Shown here piece after piece: positions 18,464 to 27,405 of a stretch of DNA of 64,000 nucleotides. How positions within the stretch are numbered: the stretch's first letter is position 1; each line of letters starts with the position of its first letter. The DNA is from Pyrinomonadaceae bacterium (GTDB taxonomy: Bacteria; Acidobacteriota; Blastocatellia; Pyrinomonadales; Pyrinomonadaceae). The stretch covers positions 288,105-352,104 of the forward strand of contig JASGKA010000001.1 of the NCBI GenBank assembly GCA_047600985.1. The letters run 5' to 3'. The position numbers and the translations under genes were made by a program. The notes beneath the pieces were generated by a model, which did no database searches, was not told the DNA's origin, and saw only the letters and a list, made by a program, of their open reading frames with translations.

Positions 18464-21400
18464 TTACTCGAGCCCCACAAGATCTCCAACCGCAAGATCG
18501 CCGTTCACCTGAAGGATCCTTGGTGAAAACCTGTATCGCTTCGAGGAAACCGTCAGTGTATAACTTCCGGCGGCCGGAACATTCGAAAAGGAAAAAATGC
18601 CGAATGAGCTTGTCGTCGCAACGCGCCTGACACTTGCAGAATCGATCAAGAAAACGCTCGCATTCCGTAATCCGAGCCCTGATGGCGTAACGACGCGTCC
18701 GCTGACCGTTGCGTTTGGACACTCCAAGGTCAACACTAGATCGAAAACCGGCGGCGGTATGGTCTGAACGCTTGTTTCAGCCGACGCCTGATTAGGATTG
18801 CCTGGAGCGAAACACCCTGCTTTCGATGCGCGAACCTTATAAAATCCAGTTATGACGTCCCAGCCAAACATTCCGCTGGTATTCGTCACGTCGGGGTTAC
18901 GGCGGTTCCCGGGTGACATTTGAGCACTCCCGTCCGGGACCGACAAGAATGGACCATTCGCAGTATCAGACCGCAGTAGTACAACGGTGGCTCCGCTCAC
19001 GGGGACATTATTGGTATTTTGTACAACGCCGCTCGGATCATTGTAGATATTAAAGTTAGAAGCATTCGGATTGCCGCCGTCCGCATCCGAAACCACCATT
19101 GAAACCAATGAGTTTCCGTGAGCTGGTGCAAGTGACGGAACTGTAGCCTGATAATTTCCGCTTCCCGGTGGAGTTTCGTTCATAGAGCCGCTCGCAAGAG
19201 TCACGTTGTCCTGACTTATGGCGTATCGCGCCGTTCGGTTCGCTCCTCCCGTGGTCGTAAGGGTCAACGTATCTCGCCAGAAGACCGTAGGCACGCCACC
19301 CGTTCCCGCACTACTCGGCACGATGGTCGTGCCTGCCGGGGGAAGTATCGGACGTGCCAACAATATGTTCTGGTTTGTAAGGGGTACTGAGCAGCTCTGC
19401 ACCGACCGATTCAGAAGCGTTCCGGGCAAGTCGGTGGAACCAGCCGGCGGATAAACCTTAATGTCATACAGGGCGTTCACCGGTATACCGAAAAAATGAT
19501 AGTTTCCCGATGCGTCGGTCGTCGCACCAAACGGACATGGGCCAGTATTTGGTTCACAAGCCTGTACCAAAGCACCGGGAACCGGGCCTTGCGAATTCTG
19601 CACAACCCCGACGATCTCGCCGCATGTGGTAGGTGACGCTCCTGTAAGTCTTAGGATCGGCTGGTCAACGACACTAGGTTGATCGTTTCCGCCACGAACC
19701 TGATACTGTCCTTCGGCAGAACTTGCATTGTCCAGATACAAACAAGCTCCGCAGTTTACCGCTCCGCCATCGCTCGTTGTATTGATACCCAACCCGCCGA
19801 TATTTCTAAATCCGATAAAATATCTCGTAGCTGCTGTGATCGCAAGCGGCGCAAATGTTCCGCCGCCAAGTTGATTTCGAGCCGTTATGGAATCAAAAGT
19901 TACGCTCCTAAGCAGCGTACCGCCAGCTGCCCTGCGATCCGTCAGGATCTCGATCGTCACGTTGCGGTTGGCACCATTCGAAGTGCTGAAATTCGTCTCT
20001 ATCTTTGTCAGATTCATCGAAACGCTAGGCGTGATATACCAGCCGACCGCGGTCAGGCTCGTGTCCCAAAAAGAAAACAACGGCGCGGCCGTAGCATTGA
20101 AATTATACGTCAAGGGCGTCGGACTTGGGGTCGGCGTTATTGAGCCGGTTGGGCTCGGGGACGGTGTGGGAGTTGGCGTCGGCGTCGGTGCCCCGACCGT
20201 TGTGGCCACGGGTGGACCAGGGATCTGAGCAACTCCGTCTGCCTCGATCGAATATCCGGTGTTGGTCACGGTACCGCTTGCGGTGTTAACAGTAACGGTA
20301 AAGGACACAGTTTGCGTCCCGGAATTTGCGGGCAGATTTCCGAGATTGAATACAACATTGCTACCTGAAAGAGTTCCGCCACCCGTGGCCGAAACGAATG
20401 TCGTACCAACGGGTAAAGGATCGCGGATAATAACGTTCGTTGCGGGATTGGTTCCAGTGTTTGAATAGCTGATCGTATATGTTAGATTCGCACCCGGCAG
20501 CACATTCGACGGCGCGCTTTTTGACACTGTCAAACCTGAGGCAAATCCGGGCGGCAAAAAGCGAGCGGCACCAAAACCACGGCCTCCGTCGAACGGCCCC
20601 TGGATCGGCACACTCGACGTTACCGAATTAGAATTGAACGGCGCTTTTACAAACACCGGCGGCTCGCCTGGCCCTTGTCCCGCCAAAATAGCGATCTGTC
20701 CGTCCGCACTGATCCCGACATCCTCGAAACCGAACTGTCCGGGCGGAAGCGTTAGATCGGAAACGACCGAATTGACCGAAAATGGTGCTGCGATAACCGC
20801 AGCATGATGTATTCCAACACTCGTGACAATGGCCGTCGTACCATCAGGAGTAATGGCGATCCCGTCGAGCGCGTTTCCTCCTGGCACGACCAAGGTCGAT
20901 CCTGTCGAAGCCGCGCTGAACGGCGCTTTGAAGATCTGAACACGATCAGCCGTACCAGCTGTCGTCAGCAGCGTTCCGCCATCGGGCGAGATGGCGATCG
21001 CCCCGTTCAGGCCATTGAAAACTGGTATTGTAAAAGCTACCGACGTATATGGAGCATCAAGGACCGATATACCGGTAGTGTGATAAACAAACGCACGCCC
21101 CGCCTATTAAAAACAATGGCTTGCGTTTGACCCGAAGCGATCTTGCCTGGCAGCGTTATCGATGTGACCGCTGATGATGAGTTGAATGGAGCTCGTATCA
21201 CATAGAGCTTGCTGTCGGTCGCATTAAACGTTCCCATCGCCAACGCCGCACTCAAATTTGGGGAAACTGCAATGGTGCCGGTGCCTTCATAACCGACCGC
21301 AGCCGTGTTGATAGTTGATACGACCGACGCGCTCGATACCTGAATAACGAAGATCCGCGAATTCAGGCCGTCACCTACCAGCGCGTTATCGCTGCCGTAA

Positions 21401-21729
21401 TAGGAAAGACTCTGTGGTAACGCGTCCGAGGGCAAGCCCGAAACGAGCGTCTGTGATCCCGGCGAGACGAACGGATCGGAGAAAACAACCAGGCGATTGC
21501 TGTTCGCGGCCTGATTTAAGCCCGTTGTAACCACAGCCTGGCGTGACGAAATGCTCACGATGTCAGGCTGATCGACCCTTTCTTGTTTATGGCCAATAGT
21601 CTGGAGCTCAGCCGACCAGCGAAAAACGAACAGACTCGCAAAGACAATAAGAAAAAGGGCCGAAATTGCACCAAGTGGTCTAGGGCTTTTCAAACACCGG
21701 GTATCCCACATCCGCTCGAAAGCTTTCAT
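18464..21729 (-). pseudogene. giant secreted YVTN-beta-propeller / DUF11-repeat surface protein with Pro/Thr linker and C-terminal CarboxypepD_reg-like domain; N-terminal 230 aa in a different frame (frameshift at a homopolymer)
   Basis: ORF 21037..21729 (signal anchor plus 40-residue YVTN-like repeats) and ORF 18464..20893 contain the same repeat type (KLYVIRAPFNSSSAVTSITLPG versus RVQIFKAPFSAASTGSTLVVPG). Hand translation shows the downstream frame is open back to 21103. The switch maps to a G4 tract on the coding strand at 21098-21101. DUF11-like segments (PGANLTYTISYSNTGTNPATNVIIRDPLPVGTTFV) and a TPTPTPTPSPSP linker. Confidence 0.55.
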
Positions 21730-21896
21730 TTTATATCTCCGTTCGGTCGCTTCAGATCAGCCTGTTTGCGATCAAATTTTTGTTCCCATTTGCCAATAAT
21801 TCTCTATAATGTTTTTCAAATCGGAAGATACTTAATGTAGGGAAAAGGCTCACAAAAAGCCGGAAACTTTGGGGTAATTTAGGGGAAATCTGTCAG

Positions 21897-23756
21897 ATGC
21901 GGAGCGAAATTCAAGAACAGGTGTATTTCAAATTTGGTGACTTCCAGCTTAGACCGGAAATGCGGTCGCTGCTTAATCTCGACGAGCCTGTTCATCTTGC
22001 CAAACGCCCGTTTGACATACTTCTGCATCTGGCAGAAAACCGTGATCGCGTTGTAACACGTGACGAGTTGATCGAAAAGTTCTGGGACGGACACGAGGTT
22101 TACGACGACGCTCTCAGAAAAACCATCAGTACGATCCGTCATGCGTTGAATGACACCTCTCCGCCCTGGCGGTACATCGGAACGGTACGCGGCAGTGGGT
22201 TTCGCTTCGTTGCCGAGATCAAAGAGACACATACCGGAACCTCGCCAACGGCGCTAGTCGATCATCGTCAAATACCGCGACGCGTCGGTTCACGAGCCGT
22301 CCTTTTGGTCACGCTTTTTTTGATCGTGATACTCTCCGCAAGCTTTGCGGTAAACCGATATCTGGGTGGAAACGTTAAAAGCTCCGCTCGATCGAAACCG
22401 AGCGTTACTGCGATCGCCGTTTTGCCGATACGCAATCTGACCGGTGATTCGGGTAATGACTACCTTTCGGACGGAATTAGTGAAGGGCTTATCAGCGAGA
22501 TCTCACGAAACAGCACGCTCAAAGTCATCTCGCGAAGTTCAAGTTTCTCGTTCCGAAATTCGGACGCGAACCCGAGCGAGATCGCCTCAAAGCTGGGCGT
22601 CGACGGCATCGTCGAAGGAAGTCTGAAAAAGGCGGGAAACGACCTTCGGTTAGACGTAACTTTGGTGTCGGGCACCAACGGCGAAGTGCTTTGGACGAAC
22701 GATTCGGCAAAAAATTTAATTGCAAACGTCTTTAACCTACAATCTGAGATCGCGTGCAGGTTGCTGGTCAGTGTAGATGCAGGCCGATGTTCTCAAACCG
22801 AGACACCGAAAAATGTCGATCCAGAAGCATATCGACTCTATTTGAAGGCCGTTCAAATGCGGAAAGACCTTTCTGCCGAAGGTTTGCGGAAAGCAGCCGA
22901 GATCTATATCGATTCGATCCGCATCGATCCGGACTTTGCCGCAACCCATGAAGCGTTAGCTACCGTTTATCTGATAATGGAGTCAAATTCCGCGGTTCCA
23001 CCTGGTTCCGTTATCCAAAAAGCTGAGGAGCAGGCAAACGAAGCGCTTCGGTTGGACGAATCTTCGGTTGACGCTCTGCTTGTTTTAAGCGAGACAAAAA
23101 CTGCCAAGAATTATGACCTGCAAATGCGGGAAATGTTGCTTCGGCAGGCAGTCGAGCGAAATCCGAATCATGTTCGAGCTCGTATGTGGCTTGCAAACAC
23201 ACTAACAGTCAGAGCAAAATTCGCGGAAGCGGAAAGCCAGCTTTTAGTCGCTCAGCAACTCGATCCCCTATCGCAGGGTGTCAGGATCAACCTATTTGAG
23301 TTATATCAATATTGGCGAAGGCCGGAAAAGGCCGCTGAGCAGGCCGATCTTTTGCTAAGTCTCGATCCGGACAATACATCTGGGTTGTGGATGAACGCGA
23401 AGTTGTTGCTTGATGCGGGCGAAACCACTAAGGCGAAGGAATTGTGGGATCGCCTTCCGGAAAGCGATAGGATAGATACGGAGATAGAATTTATACTGAG
23501 AAATGTTCACGGCGACGAGGCACGCAGAGCAGTAGACAAATTATCGCGAACGGATAAGGGGAAAACGTCGCCATTTTTTATCGGATGCGCATACGCTCGT
23601 ATCAATGATCGTGACGATGCGTTCGTTTGGTTTGAACGGGCGTACACGATGCGGCAATCTGACCTCGTATCACTGAAGATCGATCCTGCCCTGGATCTCG
23701 TCAGAGATGATCCGCGATATTTTGATCTGTTAAGGCGGATGCATTTAGATCAATAA
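21897..23756 (+). CDS. CadC-like transcriptional regulator with TM helix, periplasmic TolB-N-like domain and TPR repeats
   Basis: wHTH (FKFGDFQLRPEMRSLLNLDEPVHLAKRPFDILLHLAENRDRVVTRDELIEKFWDG...). TM AVLLVTLFLIVILSASFAV. C-terminal TPR-like helices. 619 aa. Confidence 0.7.
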   Translation: MRSEIQEQVYFKFGDFQLRPEMRSLLNLDEPVHLAKRPFDILLHLAENRDRVVTRDELIEKFWDGHEVYDDALRKTISTIRHALNDTSPPWRYIGTVRGSGFRFVAEIKETHTGTSPTALVDHRQIPRRVGSRAVLLVTLFLIVILSASFAVNRYLGGNVKSSARSKPSVTAIAVLPIRNLTGDSGNDYLSDGISEGLISEISRNSTLKVISRSSSFSFRNSDANPSEIASKLGVDGIVEGSLKKAGNDLRLDVTLVSGTNGEVLWTNDSAKNLIANVFNLQSEIACRLLVSVDAGRCSQTETPKNVDPEAYRLYLKAVQMRKDLSAEGLRKAAEIYIDSIRIDPDFAATHEALATVYLIMESNSAVPPGSVIQKAEEQANEALRLDESSVDALLVLSETKTAKNYDLQMREMLLRQAVERNPNHVRARMWLANTLTVRAKFAEAESQLLVAQQLDPLSQGVRINLFELYQYWRRPEKAAEQADLLLSLDPDNTSGLWMNAKLLLDAGETTKAKELWDRLPESDRIDTEIEFILRNVHGDEARRAVDKLSRTDKGKTSPFFIGCAYARINDRDDAFVWFERAYTMRQSDLVSLKIDPALDLVRDDPRYFDLLRRMHLDQ

Positions 23757-23765
23757 GATAATCAT

Positions 23766-25310
23766 ATGAAAAAATCGGCACTCGTTATTTTTATCGTTCT
23801 CGTTCTGAACGTCACGGGCCTAACACAATCGATCGAGGAAAAACTCAAAGAGATCGACGATTACGCTAATACCGTCACGCAAACATGGTCCGGGAAAAGC
23901 GGAGCCGGAATGGCAATCGCTGTAGTCAAGGATGACAAAGTCGTTTCGGCGAAAGGCTATGGCTTTCGCGAGCTTGGGAAACCTGATCCAGTCAACGCTG
24001 ACACGGTTTTTGCCATTGCATCAAACTCCAAAGCATTCACCGTCGCGAGTCTCGCAATTCTCGTCGATGAGAAAAAGCTCAACTGGAATGACAAAGTATC
24101 GAAATACCTGCCGGATTTTCAGATGTACGACCCGTGGGTGACGAGCGAGTTGACGATCCGCGATCTGGTGACGCACCGTGTCGGGCTCGACACGTTTAGC
24201 GGTGATCTGCTGTGGTACGAAACGACTTACACGCCGGACGAGATCTTGCGGCGAGTGAGATTTTTGAAGCCCGTTTCAAGCTTCCGGACGCAGTTTGGTT
24301 ATTCAAACCTGATGTTCATCGCCGCCGGAAAAGTCGTAGAAAAGGTTTCCGGCAAATCCTGGTGTTCGTTTGTAACCGAACGCATTCTCACGCCGCTCGG
24401 CATGTCGCGAACGGTTTGCAGCATCAACAACCTGCCCGACAACGCCGCGTGGCCGCATAACGAATCGGGCGGGACGCTGCGAAAACTCAACCGCGGCAAC
24501 GTCGACGGAGCGTATTCCGCGGCCGCACTGAATTCATCTGTCAATGATCTTTCGAAGTGGGTCCGCACGCAGCTTGGACGCGGCAAATTTGAAGGCAAAC
24601 AGATCTTCAGCGAGGCTCAAGCTTGGGGAATGCATCAACAATATCTCGCCCAGCAGATCGGACCACAGCCGATGGGCGGCGTCCAGCCGAGGCATTTTTC
24701 CGGAGTTGCGAGCGGTTGGTTCGTCTATGACTATTACGGCCGAAAAGTGATCAACCACAGCGGCGGCCTCGATGGAATGCTGTCATACACAGTTCTCATT
24801 CCCGAAGAAAACGCCGGATTTGTCATCCTGACAAACAGTGAATCGCCGATGTTCACGATCATGATGAACAAGATCCGCGACATCCTCGTCGGTGCCCCAA
24901 AACGCGACTGGAATGCCGAAGCCGTCACGCAGGTCGCAGGTATGAAGAAAGAGGCAGATGGCGAGGATGCAGCTTCGGACAAAGCACATGTTGCGAACAC
25001 AAAACCATCGCTCGCTTTGGCCTCATACGCCGGAAAATACTCCGACAAACTATACGGCGACGTAACGATCGCCGAAGAGAACGGCAAACTCGTGATGCGT
25101 TTCGTCCAATCGCCAAACTTCGTCGCCGATCTCGAACACTGGCACTACGACACCTGGCGGATCAAGTGGCGTCCGTCCGTCTCGTACAATTTTCCGCGAG
25201 GTTTCGTAAACTTTACGATCGACAAGGACGGCAAAACAGACAGGCTGACCGTGGACCAGCCGAACAACGATTTCTGGTTTTATGAGCTGGATCTGCGAAG
25301 GGCGAAGTAG
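23766..25310 (+). CDS. serine hydrolase, beta-lactamase/transpeptidase-like (class C-type fold) with C-terminal DUF3471-like domain
   Basis: Signal peptide. SxxK motif in AIASNSKAF, YSN motif (FGYSNLMF), HSGG (INHSGGLDG). 10 nt downstream of the CadC-TPR gene, so likely co-transcribed. Confidence 0.8.
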   Translation: MKKSALVIFIVLVLNVTGLTQSIEEKLKEIDDYANTVTQTWSGKSGAGMAIAVVKDDKVVSAKGYGFRELGKPDPVNADTVFAIASNSKAFTVASLAILVDEKKLNWNDKVSKYLPDFQMYDPWVTSELTIRDLVTHRVGLDTFSGDLLWYETTYTPDEILRRVRFLKPVSSFRTQFGYSNLMFIAAGKVVEKVSGKSWCSFVTERILTPLGMSRTVCSINNLPDNAAWPHNESGGTLRKLNRGNVDGAYSAAALNSSVNDLSKWVRTQLGRGKFEGKQIFSEAQAWGMHQQYLAQQIGPQPMGGVQPRHFSGVASGWFVYDYYGRKVINHSGGLDGMLSYTVLIPEENAGFVILTNSESPMFTIMMNKIRDILVGAPKRDWNAEAVTQVAGMKKEADGEDAASDKAHVANTKPSLALASYAGKYSDKLYGDVTIAEENGKLVMRFVQSPNFVADLEHWHYDTWRIKWRPSVSYNFPRGFVNFTIDKDGKTDRLTVDQPNNDFWFYELDLRRAK

Positions 25311-25339
25311 ATTCAGACTTTTGTTATTATTAGAGTGTT

Positions 25340-25543
25340 ATGAATATCAAGGTAGTGATAGAGAAGGGCGAAGACGATTACTTCGTCGCCAGAGTTCCAT
25401 CATTAAAAGGATGCTGGTCACAGGGAAAAACCCGTGACGAAGCACTTTTAAATATACGCGAAGCGATAGACCTTTATCTCGAACCTGAACCTTCGTTTAT
25501 TGCCAGTCTCGCCGGGCGTGAGGTTGTAGAGCTTGCGATATGA
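25340..25543 (+). CDS. hicB: type II toxin-antitoxin system HicB-family antitoxin (short, UPF0150-like)
   Basis: 67 aa. MNIKVVIEKGEDDYFVARVPSLKGCWSQGKTRDEALLNIREAIDLYLE matches the HicB N-domain consensus. Stop overlaps the hicA ATG (ATGA). Confidence 0.65.
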   Translation: MNIKVVIEKGEDDYFVARVPSLKGCWSQGKTRDEALLNIREAIDLYLEPEPSFIASLAGREVVELAI

Positions 25544-25759
25544 AACTTCCGCTGCTTTCTGGTAAGCAGGTTTTTTCGGGCCCTTCAGAGATTGGATTTT
25601 GCCGAAGTTGCTCGCAAAGGCAGCCATGTAAAAATGAAGCATGAGGACGGGCGTCTGATCGTTTTTCCTTATCACGATGAGATTGATCGGTTCACACTTC
25701 GCGGAGCTCTGGAGGATGCGGAAATCGACACCGCGGATTTCCTCAAAGCGGTTAGATAA
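25540..25759 (+). pseudogene. hicA: HicA-family mRNA-interferase toxin gene, frameshifted in a T6 run
   Basis: Frame 1 reads MKLPLLSGKQVFSG... then a stop. Frame +1 reads ...AEVARKGSHVKMKHEDGRLIVFPYHDEIDRFTLRGALEDAEIDTADFLKAVR. Removing one T from the T6 at 25571-25576 gives a contiguous HicA consensus (LSGKQVFRALQRLDFAEVARKGSHVKM). Confidence 0.6.
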
Positions 25760-25847
25760 ATCACGTCAACCCTCGACAAAATAAGGCTGATGTGTAAGAA
25801 TTCTCTTTCTATTCAAACTTTGTTTAGAAAAACCCTTTAGGAGAACT

Positions 25848-26051
25848 TTGTTTTTAATGTCAGAAGAAGCAGTAAAACCGGCGGAGGAAACGGCAGCAGC
25901 CGAGCCGGAGGATGTGTCCTATCAGGCCGTCGAGAAAGAAGGAACGGTAACCGCGATCTGGGAAATGCAGGGGCAAAAACACCTTCGCACCATCGATCCG
26001 CGTTCCAACGAAGGCAAGCAGATCCTCGCCCTCTTCGAAACCGCAGGTTGA
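25848..26051 (+). CDS. small hypothetical protein
   Basis: 67-aa ORF with AGGAGA upstream. No recognisable domain. Confidence 0.3.
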   Translation: MFLMSEEAVKPAEETAAAEPEDVSYQAVEKEGTVTAIWEMQGQKHLRTIDPRSNEGKQILALFETAG

Positions 26052-26068
26052 TCTAAGAAATTAGTAAC

Positions 26069-26127
26069 CACGAAAATACACCAAAGGAACACGAAATCGT
26101 TTTCGTGTTTTTTGGTGTATTTTCGTG
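26069..26127. repeat. long imperfect hairpin (27-bp arms, 4-nt loop), member of a hairpin family also present at 43711-43780
   Basis: CACGAAAATACACCAAAGGAACACGAAA-TCGT-TTTCGTGTTTTTTGGTGTATTTTCGTG. Confidence 0.6.
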
Positions 26128-26136
26128 TCCATAAAT

Positions 26137-26211
26137 GCAAAAGCCCGCGGGTAAGCAAGGGCGAATCTTGCAACTTGCAGGAAACGCCCTTGCTCACGCG
26201 CGGGCTTCTGC
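26137..26211. repeat. REPIN-like inverted doublet of a ~31-nt repeat (consensus GCAnAAGCCCGCGCGTnAGCAAGGGCGAATC), copy A
   Basis: Left arm GCAAAAGCCCGCGGGTAAGCAAGGGCGAATC, 17-nt spacer, right arm CGCCCTTGCTCACGCGCGGGCTTCTGC (reverse complement of the same motif). Confidence 0.65.
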
Positions 26212-26212
26212 A

Positions 26213-26959
26213 TCAGTAAGGAAGCAAATGCAATATTGGATGATCGACCTTCTCCAACCGCCTGCCATCAAATTCCGCCACCTGTACAACCCCGATCCCT
26301 GCCGAAGTCAAAAATATCGCCTCAGCATCATCTAACGCCTCAACCCCAACCTCGACCTCTCGGCAATCAATATTCTCCAAAACAAACTCCCGCGTCGTCC
26401 CTGCCAAACACCCCGTCGCCAAACCAGGCGTAAACAGCTCACCGCCCTTCAACCAAAAAACATTCGCCATACACGCACTCGTCACAAACCCGCGTTCATT
26501 CACACGTATCGCCTCGTGAAAGCCACGGACCTTTGCTTCATCGAGTGACATGATCGGTTCGAGATAGTTGCACGTTTTAAGTCCAGAGATAGGTGAGCGG
26601 GAATTTGTTAGAAACGACGATCTCGTAAATTTGAGCTCGGTTACACTAGTTCGGCCTTCTTTAGCCTCAATTAATATCTTCGTTGGCTCGGTACGTGTTC
26701 CCACAGTTGGCCATAGTTTGCTCGGGCGACCATCAAGGAATGTGATACGAGCTCCCCCATTTACAATCTTTTCGTTCTCAATCGTCTCTTGAAGCCTGAG
26801 GGTAACCCATTCTCGCGTGAATAAGCTAAGATCAAGTCCGATTTTCTCAGATGCAATCTCTAAACGTTTCCAATGGCTATCCCAGAACAGTACTGTTCGA
26901 CGCGAAATGCGTACCGTAGTAAAAATACCTTTTCCGTAAAGAAGACAATTTTCAGCCAC
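26213..26959 (-). CDS. aminotransferase class IV family protein (4-amino-4-deoxychorismate lyase / BCAT-like)
   Basis: 248 aa. Overall pattern LLYGKGIFTTVRI...FLTNSRSPISGLKTCNYL...FLTSAGIGVVQVAEFDGR matches the fold-type IV PLP enzyme family. Confidence 0.6.
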   Translation of the reverse strand: MAENCLLYGKGIFTTVRISRRTVLFWDSHWKRLEIASEKIGLDLSLFTREWVTLRLQETIENEKIVNGGARITFLDGRPSKLWPTVGTRTEPTKILIEAKEGRTSVTELKFTRSSFLTNSRSPISGLKTCNYLEPIMSLDEAKVRGFHEAIRVNERGFVTSACMANVFWLKGGELFTPGLATGCLAGTTREFVLENIDCREVEVGVEALDDAEAIFLTSAGIGVVQVAEFDGRRLEKVDHPILHLLPY

Positions 26960-27393
26960 TAAGAAATATTATGTGAGATATCAAGGTCTCTTGTCTCTTG
27001 TTCGTCGATAAACAAACTTTTCAGGAAAACGACGGTAAAAGCGATGAACGGAATGATATGTATAACAGAATAAATAACAAAGCCTATCTGATCACGGTAC
27101 CACGACTTGATCAGATCTTCTCTTCCAGCTTCACCAGGATCAGCCAGAATATAGCCGGTAAGAAAAATACTAGTTGCTAAAAGGCCACCGAACAGCACCT
27201 TCGCCCATTTCCGCCTCAGATCAACAGCGAGAAATCCCATAAGTGGAAAGAACAGTCCTACGAATTGACCGAAGAAGAAGAGCATGAACCATAGAAAGTT
27301 GCCGTGCCCGCCACCAGTCAGAAGCATCGTCCAAAATCCGTAAAGTACGGCATAGATCAGTCCAATCGATGCTCCTATTGATCGCCTCCACAT
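26959..27393 (-). CDS. hypothetical polytopic membrane protein
   Basis: 144 aa with four predicted hydrophobic helices. Start overlaps the upstream gene's stop by 1 nt. Confidence 0.4.
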   Translation of the reverse strand: MWRRSIGASIGLIYAVLYGFWTMLLTGGGHGNFLWFMLFFFGQFVGLFFPLMGFLAVDLRRKWAKVLFGGLLATSIFLTGYILADPGEAGREDLIKSWYRDQIGFVIYSVIHIIPFIAFTVVFLKSLFIDEQETRDLDISHNIS

Positions 27394-27405
27394 CGCTTAT
27401 ACAAT

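Noticed and set aside
19679-20228. 154-aa and 113-aa plus-strand ORFs inside the giant surface protein gene
   Set aside because: Antisense frames within a gene showing DUF11 and Pro-Thr linker features. Arg-rich or low-complexity translations.
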